DNA of 64,000 bases, taken from Eledone cirrhosa. Its lineage: Eukaryota. Under the pieces are notes generated by a model. That model did not search any database, had not been told where the DNA came from, and saw nothing but the letters and a program-made list of their open reading frames with translations. The stretch is taken from the NCBI GenBank assembly GCA_964016885.1, contig OZ024742.1:52080001-52144000 (forward strand), in the 5' to 3' direction. Shown piece after piece: positions 44,890-60,714 of the stretch (the stretch's first letter is position 1; the number at the start of each line of letters is the position of its first letter). The position numbers were made by a program, and so were the translations under genes.

Positions 44890-45910
44890 CTAATCTAGGA
44901 TTTAGTATAACTATAGAATCTAATTTGACTAGGGCCAACTTCTTAGATGTCACTCTCGACCTAGATACTTCCCTCTATTACCCGTACCACAAACCTAACG
45001 AGTCCCTTAAATATATTAATGTTAATTCAAACCACCCCCAAAACATCACTGATAACCTAGTAAAAAGCGTCTCTATTAGAATATCTGGCCTCTCCGCCAA
45101 CAAAGATATTTTTTACACATCTGCCTCCTACTACAATGACGCCCTCGCCCGTAGCGGATTTAAAGAAAAGATAACATACCTAGAAACCACCGCAAGAATG
45201 CAGAGGAGGAATAGACATAGGCAGATTAGCAGGTACAACCCTCCCTTCAATAGAGAGGTCTCTACTCCGATAGCTAGGATTTTCTTCACTTTGCTGAAAT
45301 TACACTTCCCCATACAACATAGGTACCACACCATCTTTAATAAGAACACCATAAAACTCTCCTACTCCACCACACTTAACCTAGCTAGGAATATAGCCAA
45401 CCATAATTCTAACAAATTAAATAAGCCAACCACCTCCGAACCCAATCCCCGGACTGGGGCTCTGTGTAATTGCCTAAATAAGGAAGCATGCCCACTTGAA
45501 AACAAATGCCTCACAAATGATATCGTATACAAATGCGATGTCATCTGAGGCACCGATGATTGCAAAAAAACTTACATCGGCATGACCTCCAACAACTTTA
45601 AGACCCGTTGGTATGCCCATACCCACTCCTTCAGATGACCGGACAAATCAAACCAGACAACACCCGCCTCCTACGTTTGGGACCTCAAAAGGAACTCCAC
45701 CCCCTTCACGCTTAAATGGAAAATACTCCAGAAGCGCGCTCTTACAGCGGAGGACACAAGGGCTGCGACCTTTGTATTTCAGAGAGCTACGAAATTTTAT
45801 TCGCCAAGGGCCCGCTACTGAACAAACTCTCTAAACACTGCCCGAACTGCATGCACAAGAACTTTGCAACTTTCAAACACTTTAAGCCAGTGTTAAAGCC
45901 CGATGGCTAA
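44890..45910 (+). pseudogene. 5'-truncated PLE RT C-terminus + GIY-YIG
   Basis: NFLDVTLDL, NSNHP, RNRHRQISRYNPPFN, CNCLNKEACPL, TYIGMTSNNFKTRW and CDLCISE, with stops and frameshifts in the 3' part. Confidence 0.92.
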
Positions 45911-46235
45911 AAACGACCTCCTCCTATTGGCCCCTATACCTCATTCCCACCCTACCCCCACCCCTCCTCAACCTGAGATACGGCCACTATGGTTATGTGA
46001 GTACCTCTTAACTATCTACATTTTCTGCCTGTAGAGGTGTTTTTATGTGCCTGCGTATATGCGTATATTTATTGAGTACTTATTTATTTGTATGTGTATA
46101 TATTTGTGTGTATGTGTGTATATGTATGTGTATGTATATATATGTGTGTATATGTGTTTATTTATGTGTGTATATATATATATATATGTGTATGTGTGTG
46201 TATGTATGTGTATGTGTGTATATATATGTATATGT

Positions 46236-46297
<62 letters not shown>

Positions 46298-46427
46298 ATG
46301 TATGTATGTATATGTGTGTGTGTGTATGTATGTGTATATATTTGTATATATATGTATATGTATATATATGTATATGTATATATATGTGTATATATATGTA
46401 CATATGTATATATATATATATATATAT

Positions 46428-46585
46428 CTAAGGCGGGTAAGATTCCCGAGATCCATGGACGAGTTCTCTCCAGCGGTCTCTGTCCCTCATTATCGCTGCC
46501 ATATCCTGCATCTCCAACAGAGCAGTGTCTGTCCTTAGGGCATCAACATATGTTAACCTTGGTCTTCCTCTTCTAGTGTGTCCAT
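46428..46585 (-). mobile_element. 3'-terminal fragment of an RTE LINE inserted in one arm only
   Basis: Minus strand encodes [31 protein letters not shown]. Absent from the left arm near 44520. Confidence 0.88.
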
Positions 46586-46651
46586 GTATGTATATATGTA
46601 TATATATATATGTATATGTGTGTGTGTGTGTGTATATATATGTGTGTGTGC

Positions 46652-46708
<57 letters not shown>

Positions 46709-46828
46709 AGTGTGTATATATATGTATATATGTATGTATGTATGTGTGTATGTATGTGTGTATGTATATATGTATGTATATGTGTGTATGTATGTATATA
46801 TATGTATATATATATATATGTATGTGTA

Positions 46829-46896
<68 letters not shown>

Positions 46897-46974
46897 TGTG
46901 TGTACGTATATGTGTGTGTGTCTGTGTATGTGTGTGTGTATATATATATATATGTATATATATGTATGTATATG

Positions 46975-47086
<112 letters not shown>

Positions 47087-47251
47087 TATGTATATGTGTA
47101 TATTTATATATATGAATATATGTATGAATGGTGTATCTCTCTCTCTATATATATATAAATATATCTATGTATGGTGTATGTGTGTGTATATATATATGTT
47201 CTGTTTTGTTCCCGTTCAATTTTTCCTTATATATGTGTATATGTGTGTGTA

Positions 47252-47286
<35 letters not shown>

Positions 47287-47305
47287 GTGTGTATGTATGT
47301 GTATG

Positions 47306-47354
<49 letters not shown>

Positions 47355-48260
47355 ATATATATATGTGTATATATATATATATGTATATATACACGTGTGT
47401 ATATGTATGTGTGTATGTATGTGTGTTTGTGTGTGTGTGTGTGTATGTGTATATATATATATATATATGTGTATATATATATATATATATATACACATGT
47501 GTATAAATATATATGTGTGTGTGTATGTGTGTGTGTGTGTGTATATATGTGTATATATATATATATATATATAAATATATTTATGTGTGTGTGTGTTTTT
47601 ATGTGTGTATATGTGTATGTGTATGTGCGTTTATGGTTGCGCGCGAGTGTGTGAGTGAGTGTGTTTTGTGAATGTGTCTGTTGATTTCTGGCATATAGTT
47701 GAATAGTTTAAGAGAAATTTGAGGATAATTGTAAGATATGCACTCAATATTTTGAATTTGTCTACAGAATTCTCTAAACCTTTGTCACTTAGTAGAACCT
47801 TAATGATTTTAGCTTTTAAAGAATCTCCCTTTCCTTTAAATCTATCTACCATGACTGACCCCCCACTGATCTTATAGACACCTGTTAGCTTAAGATAAAC
47901 TTAATAACAAGGAATGGCATGCCATCCTGAACCTGTTTATAGAGTTCTGTCTGCCTTTGTTACTCTAAAAACAAAAATAAATATAAATAAAAATAAAAAT
48001 AAAAATAAACTTGCGTTGTAGAATTAGCTTTTAATGAATTCCCTTTTCTATCAACCAATGACCTACACCCATCCCACTCCCCACCCTCTCCTACCACTTG
48101 TAGAGACCATACTTATTTTTTGATACCCAGATTCCTAATGATTTCTAAAGAATGAAACAGTTCTAGTCCTGTAGAATCTCATCTATATTAAAACTTTATA
48201 CTCTGCAATGTATTGAGTACCTTAATTACTGTGGTTACCTCCGATTCAACCCGGAATAAC

Positions 48261-48389
<129 letters not shown>

Positions 48390-48488
48390 TGTGTGTGTAT
48401 ATGTGAGTATAGGTGTAAGAGTGTTTATATATGAGTGTATGTACCTGTATGAGGAGTGTACGTACACACACACATATATATATATATA

Positions 48489-48538
<50 letters not shown>

Positions 48539-49407
48539 GATATGTGTGTATATGATTATGTGCACATGTGTAAATGTGTATTTAGGTTTGCATCTATTTG
48601 TGCGTATGTATATTTTTGGTTGGATATCAATATAACTGTACCTCTGTATATATAGTGTGGATATATGCACTTTGTAATCTATGAAATTTATGTGTTTTAA
48701 CTATGCCAACATGTATTCATAAGAGTTTGATTATTTATACAGAAACATACTTGATAGTATTTTAGGGGTATCATATGCTGTATTATACTAAGTGCAATTT
48801 ACCACACCGTACTATATTGTGTTGGTTATGTTGTATATTATCGCATTACTGTATTTCATTATCTTATTATAATTTCAATCTTTTAATATACTATCTTTCC
48901 TACCCATAAACTTAATTTATATTCACCTAAAAACTCAATACAACACTAATCACAATTTATTTTGACATTCCTTTTAAACTTCACTATATCAGATACATTC
49001 AACTATCAGTTTGACAATCCCTTTCCTCCTAATATATTTTTATGCCAATTCTACTATTAACACCATTCAACCATTCCTTTCAAAGGGTCATGTCCTGAAC
49101 TAAAGTATATTACTTTTCATCTTAACACCATATGAAAAAGACAATTTGATTCGTTAGTTCTTCAACTATCTCCAAATAAGGACAGGATACTAACATACTA
49201 CTAATTCCGAATAAAATTATTATTGCTTTTGAAAACACCTTGTGATATGCATGTAAGTAAATATTCTCTTTATCTGATATTTTGTAACTAACCTTACATA
49301 GATCAATAACAGAGTATAACTACAATGTATTATCATCACCTAGAAACGATCGTAAACAAATTGTGTGTATATATGTGTGTATGTGTATGTATATGTCTAT
49401 ATATATG

Positions 49408-50123
<716 letters not shown>

Positions 50124-51089
50124 ATATATATATATGAGGAAAATAAATCAAATATGCAACTGGAGTTTCAATCAGCAGTTTGATAGTTCATTTGCTTTAA
50201 AAAAGTAGAATTGAGATGAAGGGTTTGTGGGTTTTTTTACTCGCATCTGGTTGGTGTTCGAATGTTATTTCAGTTTTGTGTGGAAAAAAGTGGCTCGAAT
50301 TGCTAGTTTTTTTTTTTTTTAATAATTTGGTTGGTTGATGAATTTCGTGCCAGTTCGCGTTACAAAGTTCTTATTGTGTTTCCTTTACAAATGTGGCTCA
50401 AATTGTTGTTTTTTCACATATAAGTGAAATTTGATGATAGCCACGTGCATAAATACATCAATTTTGCCCCATTTCGCGTTTGAGGGTTCTTTATTGCCAT
50501 TTTCACGTTTAAAGGTGACTCAAATTGTTGTTTTTTTATAAATGTAATTTGGTTGGTTGATGACTGTCACGTGAATAAGTACATCATATTTCGCGCCTGT
50601 TCGTATTTCGGAGTTCTTTATTGCCATTTTCACAGTCACATGATTTGTTATAGAGAGTTTTCTGCAAAACAAAAGATAATGGTCAAGAACAGGGAGGGGA
50701 AGAAATCGTTCTGGTTCAGTGAGTATGGCTGATATTCAAAATCCAGACTTTCTATTGAAATATATTGAATGTTTGTATCGATAGTGGTGGTGATGGAGAC
50801 GGTAGAAAATAGAAATATATTTTTTTTATGTGAGGATGTGTGAGTGTGAGTGTGTGTGTAGGAAAATGATTCCATTACCAAACACGGAGAAGGGTTTTAT
50901 GTGTGTGTATATGTGTGTGTGTGTATGGTTAGTAAGACTACTATTGCATTCAAATTCAGAGAACTCCCTGAGCAAACTGAGGACTTTGAGACAAATTGGA
51001 GGTTGTTCAATTAGCAGTTTTTACTTCAGCTGTTTAATTCTGCGGGCGAAAGAGGCTTGGAGTGGCGCCTGATGGCTGGAGAACCCTTT

Positions 51090-51990
51090 GGTTCAATCAA
51101 TGAAATATGTCATCCGACAAAGAGGGAGGCCTACAAAGTTTGGCTTGAAATTATGTCCCTCTTCTTGCACTTGCAGTAAAAGCAGGCACCAAGAATCGCT
51201 GCAGAGAAGTATACGTGTCCAAAGATAAGATATTTGAGCACTTTGCGGTTAGGCAGGAATATGACTTCAAATAAAATGTTTTGGCAGACCGTCCACCGAC
51301 TTCAAAATAAGAAGTTTTCTTCCATACATGCTATCAAGAGCGCGCCTGGGGTACTCCTTTCTTCAGAGAGTTCCTGTTCGCGAGGTCGATAGAATAATTT
51401 AGTGATCTCCTAAACCCTATGACAACAACATTTGATGTACACGAAATGCATCTGGGAGCGGTTACTAATATCTCAGAGTCATAAGAGGTCACAGGAGCAG
51501 TTGAAAATCTCAAATGTGGCAAGGCCGCTGGGGAAGATGCAATTCGGCCTGAGATGTTAAAAGACTCTGGCTGATTTGTGTGTGCCATGTGGCATGGATC
51601 TTTGAAAATGCACCTAAGCAATGGCAGTCGGGAGTGATAATCCCAATATTTTCAAAAACCTAAACAAAGCAGATTATTCCAATTACAGAGGAACCTCCTT
51701 GTTAAGCCAACCCCCATCCGGTGAAATCTATTCTAAGTGACTGACAAAGCGATGCAGGGAGATTGTCGAGTCCGAGCTAGCTGATGAACAGTGCGGTTTT
51801 CACCTAGGACACTGGACAACCAACCAAATATTCACACTGCGGCAGGTCTTCGAGAAAACGGAGTATTGCAAAGATATATATTATTGTTTTGTCAACAAGG
51901 TAAAAGCATATGTCTGCGTAGCTCGCGAAATGGTGGAATAGAAGGTTGTGCAGTGGTATGGGATAGACATCCCTATACGAATGCTCAAGT
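51090..51990 (+). mobile_element. Degraded RTE-like LINE RT fragment
   Basis: EVTGAVENLKCGKAAGEDAIRPEMLK, WQSGVIIPIF, SNYRGTSLLS, DEQCGF, QIFTLRQVFEK. Confidence 0.85.
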
Positions 51991-52012
51991 ATTCTCTCTC
52001 TCTCTCTCTCTA

Positions 52013-52107
<95 letters not shown>

Positions 52108-52183
52108 CTATCTATCTATCAATCTATCCATCTATTTATCTATCTATCCATCTCTATCTATCTCTATCTCTCTTTCTATCTCT

Positions 52184-52582
<399 letters not shown>

Positions 52583-52627
52583 TAAACAAATAATGAACAA
52601 ACAATTCCTTATATTAAACAAAAAAAG

Positions 52628-52782
52628 TTCACTATTTAACGATCGTTTCTAGGGTATATATGTGTTATAATTGGTATGCATATTTAACAGATCTATGTAC
52701 AAAATTATACAAAATTATACAAATTATCAAGATTAAATATACATACCTAACTCATATATACGCCGTCTTCAGAAATAATGAA
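52628..52782 (-). ncRNA. Long-stem-II hammerhead (antisense arm)
   Basis: Reverse complement of 57809-57963. Confidence 0.8.
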
Positions 52783-54558
52783 GTATATTTATTGATAATA
52801 ACAACAATTCAGGTAATTAATTGGTTTAAAAATATTAGGTGTAAATCTTCTGCTTCTTTCCTACAGTTTGATATAGATAATTATTATTCTTCTATATCAC
52901 CCATACTCCTGAACAAAACATTAATATTTGCTAAAAATAGATCTAATTTAACTTCGGATGACATTAACATTATTACACATGCTAGACAAACACTTATTGA
53001 ATTTCAGAATGAATACTGGACCAGAAACACTTATAGTAATCTTTTTGATATTACTATGGGTTCAAGCGATTCTGCCCAAATTACTGATCTTGTGGGCCTC
53101 TTTCTCCTTTTCAACATAAATGCCTCTTTTCCCCACCTCAAAGGTGGTTTATATCGTGATGACTGTCTTCTTCTTTCTAACAACCTTAGCCTTTCAGAAA
53201 TCGAAAAAAACAAAAAGCATATTAGAACTTTCCTTAAAGACTATTATAATCTTAATATTACTTTTGAAAAAACAAGTAAAGTAGTAAATTTCCTAGATAT
53301 AACTTTAGATTTAGCTACGGGTATATACCAACCTTACCATAAACCTAACCAAAACTTACATTACATACACTCACAATCTAATCACCCTAAATCTATCCTT
53401 AAAAACCTTGCATATAATATATCACTTAGAATTTCTAACCTTTCTTCTAACCAAGATGTATTTGATAAAAATGCGACCTTTTATAATGAAGCTCTAGATA
53501 GAAGTGGCCACAAAAATAGATTAGAGTATATACCTTCTACTAAAAATACTGAAAGCATACAGCATAATATTACCAACAAACACCAAATGAAAAGTACACA
53601 CCTAAATGCCACCCACAGTATACCCCAAAATACTAAATCTTCTAATATAAAGTATAGTAACCCTCAAAAAACTACTCATCATAAGACTATAATAAATATT
53701 AATAATAAAACTCCTAATAAAAAAGATAAAACACCTAAATCTACAAATATAACTAAAAATAGTTGTGGTGAGATCATTAACATTATTCCTCCTAGTAAAA
53801 ATCATGATACAACATATAAAAATAATAAAAATAATAAACAACATAGAAACCGTAATAGACGAGTTACTTGGTATAATGCTCCTTTTAATTTACAAGTTAA
53901 GGATAACATTGCTAAAAAATTTTTTTATATCCTTGAGAAAAACTTCCCGCCAAACCACAAATACCATCAAATCTTAAATAGGTCTACAGTTAAATTCTCA
54001 TATTCTACAACAAATAACATAAAACAAAATATAAGTGCATATAATGCATATAAATGTAAGAAAACTATAAGTATACCACCAGTACATCAAATTAACAATA
54101 ATATCTCCTCAAATACAGAATTAACGAAAGGATGTAACTGTAGAAACAAAACAAACTGCCCATTAAAAGGGAATTGTCTTGTTAACAACATAGTCTATAA
54201 ATGTAATGTTAAAACTAAAGATTCTATTTGCTCATATATAGGAGCTACCTCTAACAATTTTAAGACAAGATATAATACCCACAAACATAGCTTTAAAAAT
54301 GCCGCACTGGCTAATACAACATCTCTAGCAGAAAAAATCAATAGTTATAAAAATAAAAATATAAAATATGATTTGACCTGGAGTGTGCTCAAAAGAGCCA
54401 CCCCTTATCAAAATAATAGAAAGGAATGTAGATTATGTTCCCAAGAACTATTTGAAATAATGAAGTCTAGGGATATCTTATTAAATAAAAGACAGGAATT
54501 AATTATATCGTGTAATCATAAACTAAAAAAAACATTTAAATATTATAAACCTAATTAA
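52660..54558 (+). CDS. PLE reverse transcriptase + C-terminal GIY-YIG endonuclease, 5'-truncated (genuine PLE sequence begins ~52812)
   Basis: FDIDNYYSSIS, LFDITMGS, GLYRDD, NFLDITLDL, SNHP, CNCRNKTNCPL, IVY..YIG, RYNTH and CRLC..E..LLNKR. The first ~51 codons come from the inverted arm. Confidence 0.93.
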   Translation: MCYNWYAYLTDLCTKLYKIIQIIKIKYTYLTHIYAVFRNNEVYLLIITTIQVINWFKNIRCKSSASFLQFDIDNYYSSISPILLNKTLIFAKNRSNLTSDDINIITHARQTLIEFQNEYWTRNTYSNLFDITMGSSDSAQITDLVGLFLLFNINASFPHLKGGLYRDDCLLLSNNLSLSEIEKNKKHIRTFLKDYYNLNITFEKTSKVVNFLDITLDLATGIYQPYHKPNQNLHYIHSQSNHPKSILKNLAYNISLRISNLSSNQDVFDKNATFYNEALDRSGHKNRLEYIPSTKNTESIQHNITNKHQMKSTHLNATHSIPQNTKSSNIKYSNPQKTTHHKTIININNKTPNKKDKTPKSTNITKNSCGEIINIIPPSKNHDTTYKNNKNNKQHRNRNRRVTWYNAPFNLQVKDNIAKKFFYILEKNFPPNHKYHQILNRSTVKFSYSTTNNIKQNISAYNAYKCKKTISIPPVHQINNNISSNTELTKGCNCRNKTNCPLKGNCLVNNIVYKCNVKTKDSICSYIGATSNNFKTRYNTHKHSFKNAALANTTSLAEKINSYKNKNIKYDLTWSVLKRATPYQNNRKECRLCSQELFEIMKSRDILLNKRQELIISCNHKLKKTFKYYKPN

Positions 54559-56341
54559 TAACATTATTCTAGAATTTAATTTAATTTAAATGTTTGTTAA
54601 CCTATAAATTTAATTTTATTAATATTTTATTACAGATGAGAAAATATTATGTAATCATTAATTTTGAAAAACCTTTAAATATTACTAATATATATTCAGT
54701 AATTTAATTTATAGATTAATTTTAACTTATTTTAACCTTTTATTATAATTTTTTAATTTAGTTTAACCTTTTATTATAAATTTTTTTTATTATAATTCTT
54801 TTACAGATAAAATATAACAAAATAATATCATGTATCCTATGACGGAGAAAGAATTTTTAGTATTATTGACCTAATTAATATACATTTTGGAAATATATTT
54901 ATTATTTGGTTTTAGCTTTAATCAACCTAAAACTTTAATTTTAACTTTAATTTGCTTAAAATTAGTATCCTTGTACAGACGAATTGCAGAATGTCATGTA
55001 ATCATAGAATGGGAGGTGTTTTTGGATATATACCTAGTTAATATATTCTGTGCAAATTTTTTGAAAAAGATATGTATATCTATATGTATATGTATATGTG
55101 TGTGTTGTATGTGTATCTGTATGTATATTTATGTGACTATATATGTATGTATGTGTATATATATGTATATATATATATATATATGTGTATGTATATGTAT
55201 ATGTATGTGTATGTGTATGTATATGTATATGTATGCGTATTAATTTTGATTTTTATTTGCATATAATTATATTATGCTATTGATGAAATACAATATCTGC
55301 TTTATGTATTGTATACCTAATTAACATATACTAATTAACATATACTATTGAAATAAATATATAATTTTTAACTTAGTTAACATATAATTTATATGCTACT
55401 ACCGATGTAATACTTTATTTTATTTTTATTTGGGTTTTTTTTCCCTATTACTAAATTCATCTCCTAATATTGATACCATAACGTTATTAACTTTAATTTA
55501 GTTATAATGTAATTAATAATCTACTACTGTTTGACTTCATAATTCTGCTTCAAATATTATAAACCTAACTAATTTACACCTTGGAAATCAATATGTTGAC
55601 TATCTTTGGTTTAGTTGACATATGATTAATAGTATACTTTTTTATTTTGTGATGCATAGATTTCGTATTTCCTAGCACTGAAAATATGTAGGAACATACA
55701 TTGAATTAAGATATGGAAAATATTATATGTTTCTTGAAACATATATTTACTTTGATCCCCTTCTCCAAACCCCCCCTTTCCCCCATACTATTATCATCTG
55801 TTTTTGTAAGTGTATATGTATGAATATATGTGTAGATGGGTGTCTATATAGTTTTTTTTTGGTATTTATTTCTAAATATAAAAATACATATATGAGCATG
55901 TAAATATGAATGTAAGATTGAGTGTGTATATATGATTGTACATACATATATATGTATATATATGTATATATATGTATTATATATGTACGTGTATGTGAAT
56001 GCGTGGTATGTATATGTGTATGTATATGTATATATGTGTGTGTATGTGTATGCTTGTATATAGGAATATATATGTGTGTATATATGTATATATATGTATA
56101 TGCGTGTTTGTATGTATGTGTATATGGGTTCTGTATATATTTGTATGTCTCTCTATTTATATGTTTATCTTCGTATCTATGTGATATATGTGTGTGTGTG
56201 TGCACGTATGCATATGTATGTGTTTGTGTGTGTTTGTATGTGTGTGTGTATATATATATATGTATTTGCGCACACTCACATACACATTTATATATATATA
56301 TATATATATGTGAGTGTGTATGTGTGTCTGTATGTGTGTGC

Positions 56342-56379
<38 letters not shown>

Positions 56380-56409
56380 GTGTATGTATGTATATGTGTG
56401 TGTATATAG

Positions 56410-56443
<34 letters not shown>

Positions 56444-56586
56444 GTGTATATAGGTGTCTATGTGTGAATATATGTCTTTATTCGTATGTGTGTATTTATA
56501 TATGTTTATATTTAGGTGTATGTATGTATGTGTATGTATGTATGTATGTGTATGTATATGTATGTATATGTGTATATGTGTGTATA

Positions 56587-56623
<37 letters not shown>

Positions 56624-56834
56624 CTTTATTATTATTGTAATATAACTTATGTGTATATGTGTATAAGTGAGGTTGTGTATGTATATATACTATGTGTATA
56701 TATAAGAGTAATGAAATATATATATATATATATATATGTGCATGTCTGTATTTTATGTGTGTGTGTGTATATATATATGTGTATGTGTGTATATATGTAT
56801 GTATATATACATATGTGTGTACGTGTGTGTATGT

Positions 56835-56881
<47 letters not shown>

Positions 56882-56992
56882 TGGATGTTTGTATGTGTTT
56901 TTATGGTGGTATGAGTGTGGGATATATATGTTTGTGTATAAATGTATGTATGTGTATGTATATATATATGAGTCTACGTGTGTGTGTGTATA

Positions 56993-57039
<47 letters not shown>

Positions 57040-57808
57040 ATGTATGTATGTGTTGCGCGTGTGTGTGTCCGTATTTATATCTTTTTATATGTGTATGTGT
57101 ATGTTCGTGTAAATGTATGTGTGTGTATGACAGTATAGGTATGTGTGTATGTATGTATGTATAGATATCTCTATGTGCGCGTACATGTATGTATGTGTAT
57201 GTATATCTGTATGCGTATGTACATTATATTATATGTATTATATTTTATTGTTTTTATTTTTTTATTTTTCATAATTTATAGATACATTTATATTAAGGTT
57301 GTCTGGTCTGACAGTCTAATACTGACCCCTCCCCCCCCCTCCCACCTAATTTCTGTATCTTGATCTTGAAATGTGTGTACCAGTGTGTTTATGTGAGTGA
57401 CTTAATTTCTATTTGCTTATGATTTTATATCCACATATATAAATGTGAGTGGGGGAGTGTGTGTGTTTGTGTGTTCGTGGTTATGTGTATATTTATATAT
57501 ATACGAACATGTATGTGTGATTATACTGATATGTGTGAGTATGAAAAAAATATATTTATATGCTTGACTCCATAAGTATCATTGCGTATCTTATCAGCGC
57601 ATTAAGCTTACAGAGATATTAACCTTGAAATTTTTTATTTGCATCCATCTTTTTAGTATGCACATACAGATTATACACACATTATTGTAAAATGTGTGTA
57701 GGGTTTTACATGTATATACACACACCAAACTGCTTTTTAACCCTTTGTGTTTTCATTGGTCAATTTTGAACTGATATTTTGAATTGTTGTTATTATCAAT
57801 AAATATAC

Positions 57809-57963
57809 TTCATTATTTCTGAAGACGGCGTATATATGAGTTAGGTATGTATATTTAATCTTGATAATTTGTATAATTTTGTATAATTTTGTACATAGAT
57901 CTGTTAAATATGCATACCAATTATAACACATATATACCCTAGAAACGATCGTTAAATAGTGAA
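57809..57963 (+). ncRNA. Type-I hammerhead with 116-nt stem II insertion
   Basis: TTCATTATTT-CTGAAGA-[116 nt hairpin]-GAAAC-GATC-GTT^-AAATAGTGAA. Confidence 0.82.
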
Positions 57964-58354
57964 CTTTTTTTGTTTAATATAAGGAATTGTTTGTTCATTA
58001 TTTGTTTAATATTTTATCTTGACTCTGTATACCGTTTATCTTTCACCGAAATTGGATTTTCATTACATCTCTTCTTTCCATGATATCCGGAATACATTGA
58101 GTTCTTCATACGGATTGGACACTACCGTAAACTCTTGGTAGATTTATCTACATATATATATATATATATATAATAGGATATGTGTTCCTACACGCACAAA
58201 GCACTAAGGGACACATGTATTGTCCAATCATATGCCAATGTGGTTCAATGGCAGGTTAATAAATTAACGAGCCAGAACATATATAATCAGGTTTAGCAAA
58301 TAATGAAAAAGTTTCAAAATATATTTTAGAAAATTTACTTTACTTACTATAGTT

Positions 58355-58438
58355 ACCTTTACCGAATCGGTTTCGAATCTCAAAAATAAACGGAGACCAT
58401 ACGGCCTTCGTTGCAAAGAAAGATTCTCGTCAGAAGGT
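58355..58438 (-). ncRNA. Complete type-I hammerhead with large stem II loop, in a solo pseudo-LTR (~58171-58635)
   Basis: ACCTT-CTGACGA-GAATCT..AGATTC-GAAACCG-ATT-CGGTA^-AAGGT. Confidence 0.87.
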
Positions 58439-60559
58439 TCTTTTCATTCGAAGAATATAAAATTCTTGAATTTAAATTACGAACTAGCGCTATCCAAAAC
58501 TGTTCCCGAGATGAGAGTAAATGAAGTGGAATCAATTTTTTCAAGGGCCGAAAGTAAAGATAGAGGCAGAGGGAGGTAGGTCAAACGGCCACCACTACAA
58601 CTAGCAGCAGTCGGAACGACCAAATTTTTTCAATATATATATATATAGTAATATTTATATTTATATTTATATATGTTTGATATAACTATAAATATGTACG
58701 GTAGTACTAAGTACTAGCCGGTTACCGGTATTACAAAAGGCTCAATGCAAATTTTCAAGTGTTTTACAGAGCCGAGATAGAAAGTGTTAAAACGATCAAA
58801 TTTTAGTTTAGAACATTTAGGGTACATAATTGTTATTAGTGTCAAAGGCATCATGTGAAGAGTCAGGAGTTAAAAAGATGTTCTGCTTGAAAGAACACAA
58901 TTACAGGCAGCACTGGTTGGAAGTGTAATAGGTATAAGTAAAAAGCACAAGCAAAAAAATCACAAAATGTTATAAGCAAGGACAATTGGTGTACAATGCA
59001 GGAGTCAAAACAGTCAATAATGCATGTATGAGGAAAGAATTATAATGCAGTTGAAATAAACGTATTTTGTGTGGGGTGTTATAATTGTTATAAATGTTTA
59101 AGATAGTGTCAATTTGTTAGAGTGGCATGTGGTGATAATGTAGGTATTTGTTATGTAAGGTGTAATACAAAGCACTTGATAGAGTTGGGTATGTGATTTT
59201 CATTTAAGTGTTTTAGAGTTGTAGTTCGATTGCACGTGTATGTGTTGTTTGTTACTCACAGCTATTAACCATGCGATTATTTTAAAATAATCTTTTCTCT
59301 CTCACTCTCTAACGTTCCATCTCTATTTTTCTGTGCAAGAAATCGGCTATATTCAGACCGGGGGAGGAATGGCTTCTCTAGATATGCCCAAGATATGTTA
59401 AACAATTTGGGGAGTGTGAAAAGAAACACATATGCTTTTCTTGGTGTTACATGTTTGCAAGAAATGTAAAGATTTTCGAATAAATCCTTACTATATTGCT
59501 GGATCTGTCTCTTAACTGATAGTCAAGGGTAGAAGGCAATGTTTTTATCCCTTTTCAGGGTTTTCAACGGATCAATAAAGAAGCTATCCTCAAACCTGAC
59601 ACATGTTTCAAATGCTTACCACGGAGTGAAATTCTATAAGAATCCAAGTTATCATGTTAAACGAGCAGCCGATTAAGTCAAACAGACAAGAATTCCAGTG
59701 CTAGATTTGATCTTGAATACCAAAGCAACTAGCACAGGTCCTTCCACCCGATACGCTAAAGAATCTGCCAGATCAAAGGCATTGACTATTACTTTACTAA
59801 GAGGAATTAACAATAAACTGGAGTGATTTGAATTCAGTTTACAAGACGGAATATATACCGGAAAGCATTTCCTTCGACACCCTAGCAACCTATTCGCTGT
59901 CTATAAATTCCGTTCATCATTTAAAAGTAGCGATATTTCTTATGGAGTAATCTGTCAATTTCATTTCCCAACGATTATCACAAGTTCCTATCTTACAAAA
60001 CTGAACAACGATTAAGAAATATATTTCAATAATGATACACAAAGTAGCAAATTTACGCAATTAATCTCGCGTATGAAAGGAAATTGAAAAACTTTTAATA
60101 AATATCAGAAAACAAACCTAAAGACAATTTCTATATTTATGAGAGGAAATATACATGGAATTTAAATATTTTATATTTGCAAACACATTTATTTAGTTTG
60201 CATGATTAGAAATTGCTGCCAAACTGAAGGCATGTGTTCACAAAGACTATTAATTCATTTGTTTTGTTACGTAATCCAGGGTGTAAAAGAAAACTTGCAT
60301 AATAATGTCTCCAGCTGCATAATTGAATATGTATTGTTCATGTACCATATGTATCCTGCTAGAAATGAAGCTAATGTGTAGCCTTAATATGATTAAACCA
60401 AACATTTTTCTTTTATATACGACTGTGTGCGTTTGTTTGCATTTATGTATATATACAGGATATACACACAAATACACACGTCCATATGTGTGTGTGTGTA
60501 TGTTTCTGTGTGTATATCCTGTTTATAAATATACATAGATAAATGCAAACACACTTATG

Positions 60560-60714
<155 letters not shown>

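Noticed and set aside
45546-45640. In-frame TGA codons in a PLE ORF as possible selenocysteine recoding (known in Naiad PLEs)
   Set aside because: The TGAs are not at conserved Cys positions and fit CGA to TGA decay. The ORF also has frameshifts and I saw no SECIS.
52660-52811. N-terminal ~51 aa of the 632-aa ORF (also ORF 57737-57931) as a real domain
   Set aside because: It is the antisense reading of the HHR-bearing pseudo-LTR, open by chance.
58780-59900. Unique-looking sequence as host exons or a hAT transposase remnant (PTSAACNCVLSS on the minus strand)
   Set aside because: The ORFs are short and interrupted, and the resemblance is too weak without a homology search.
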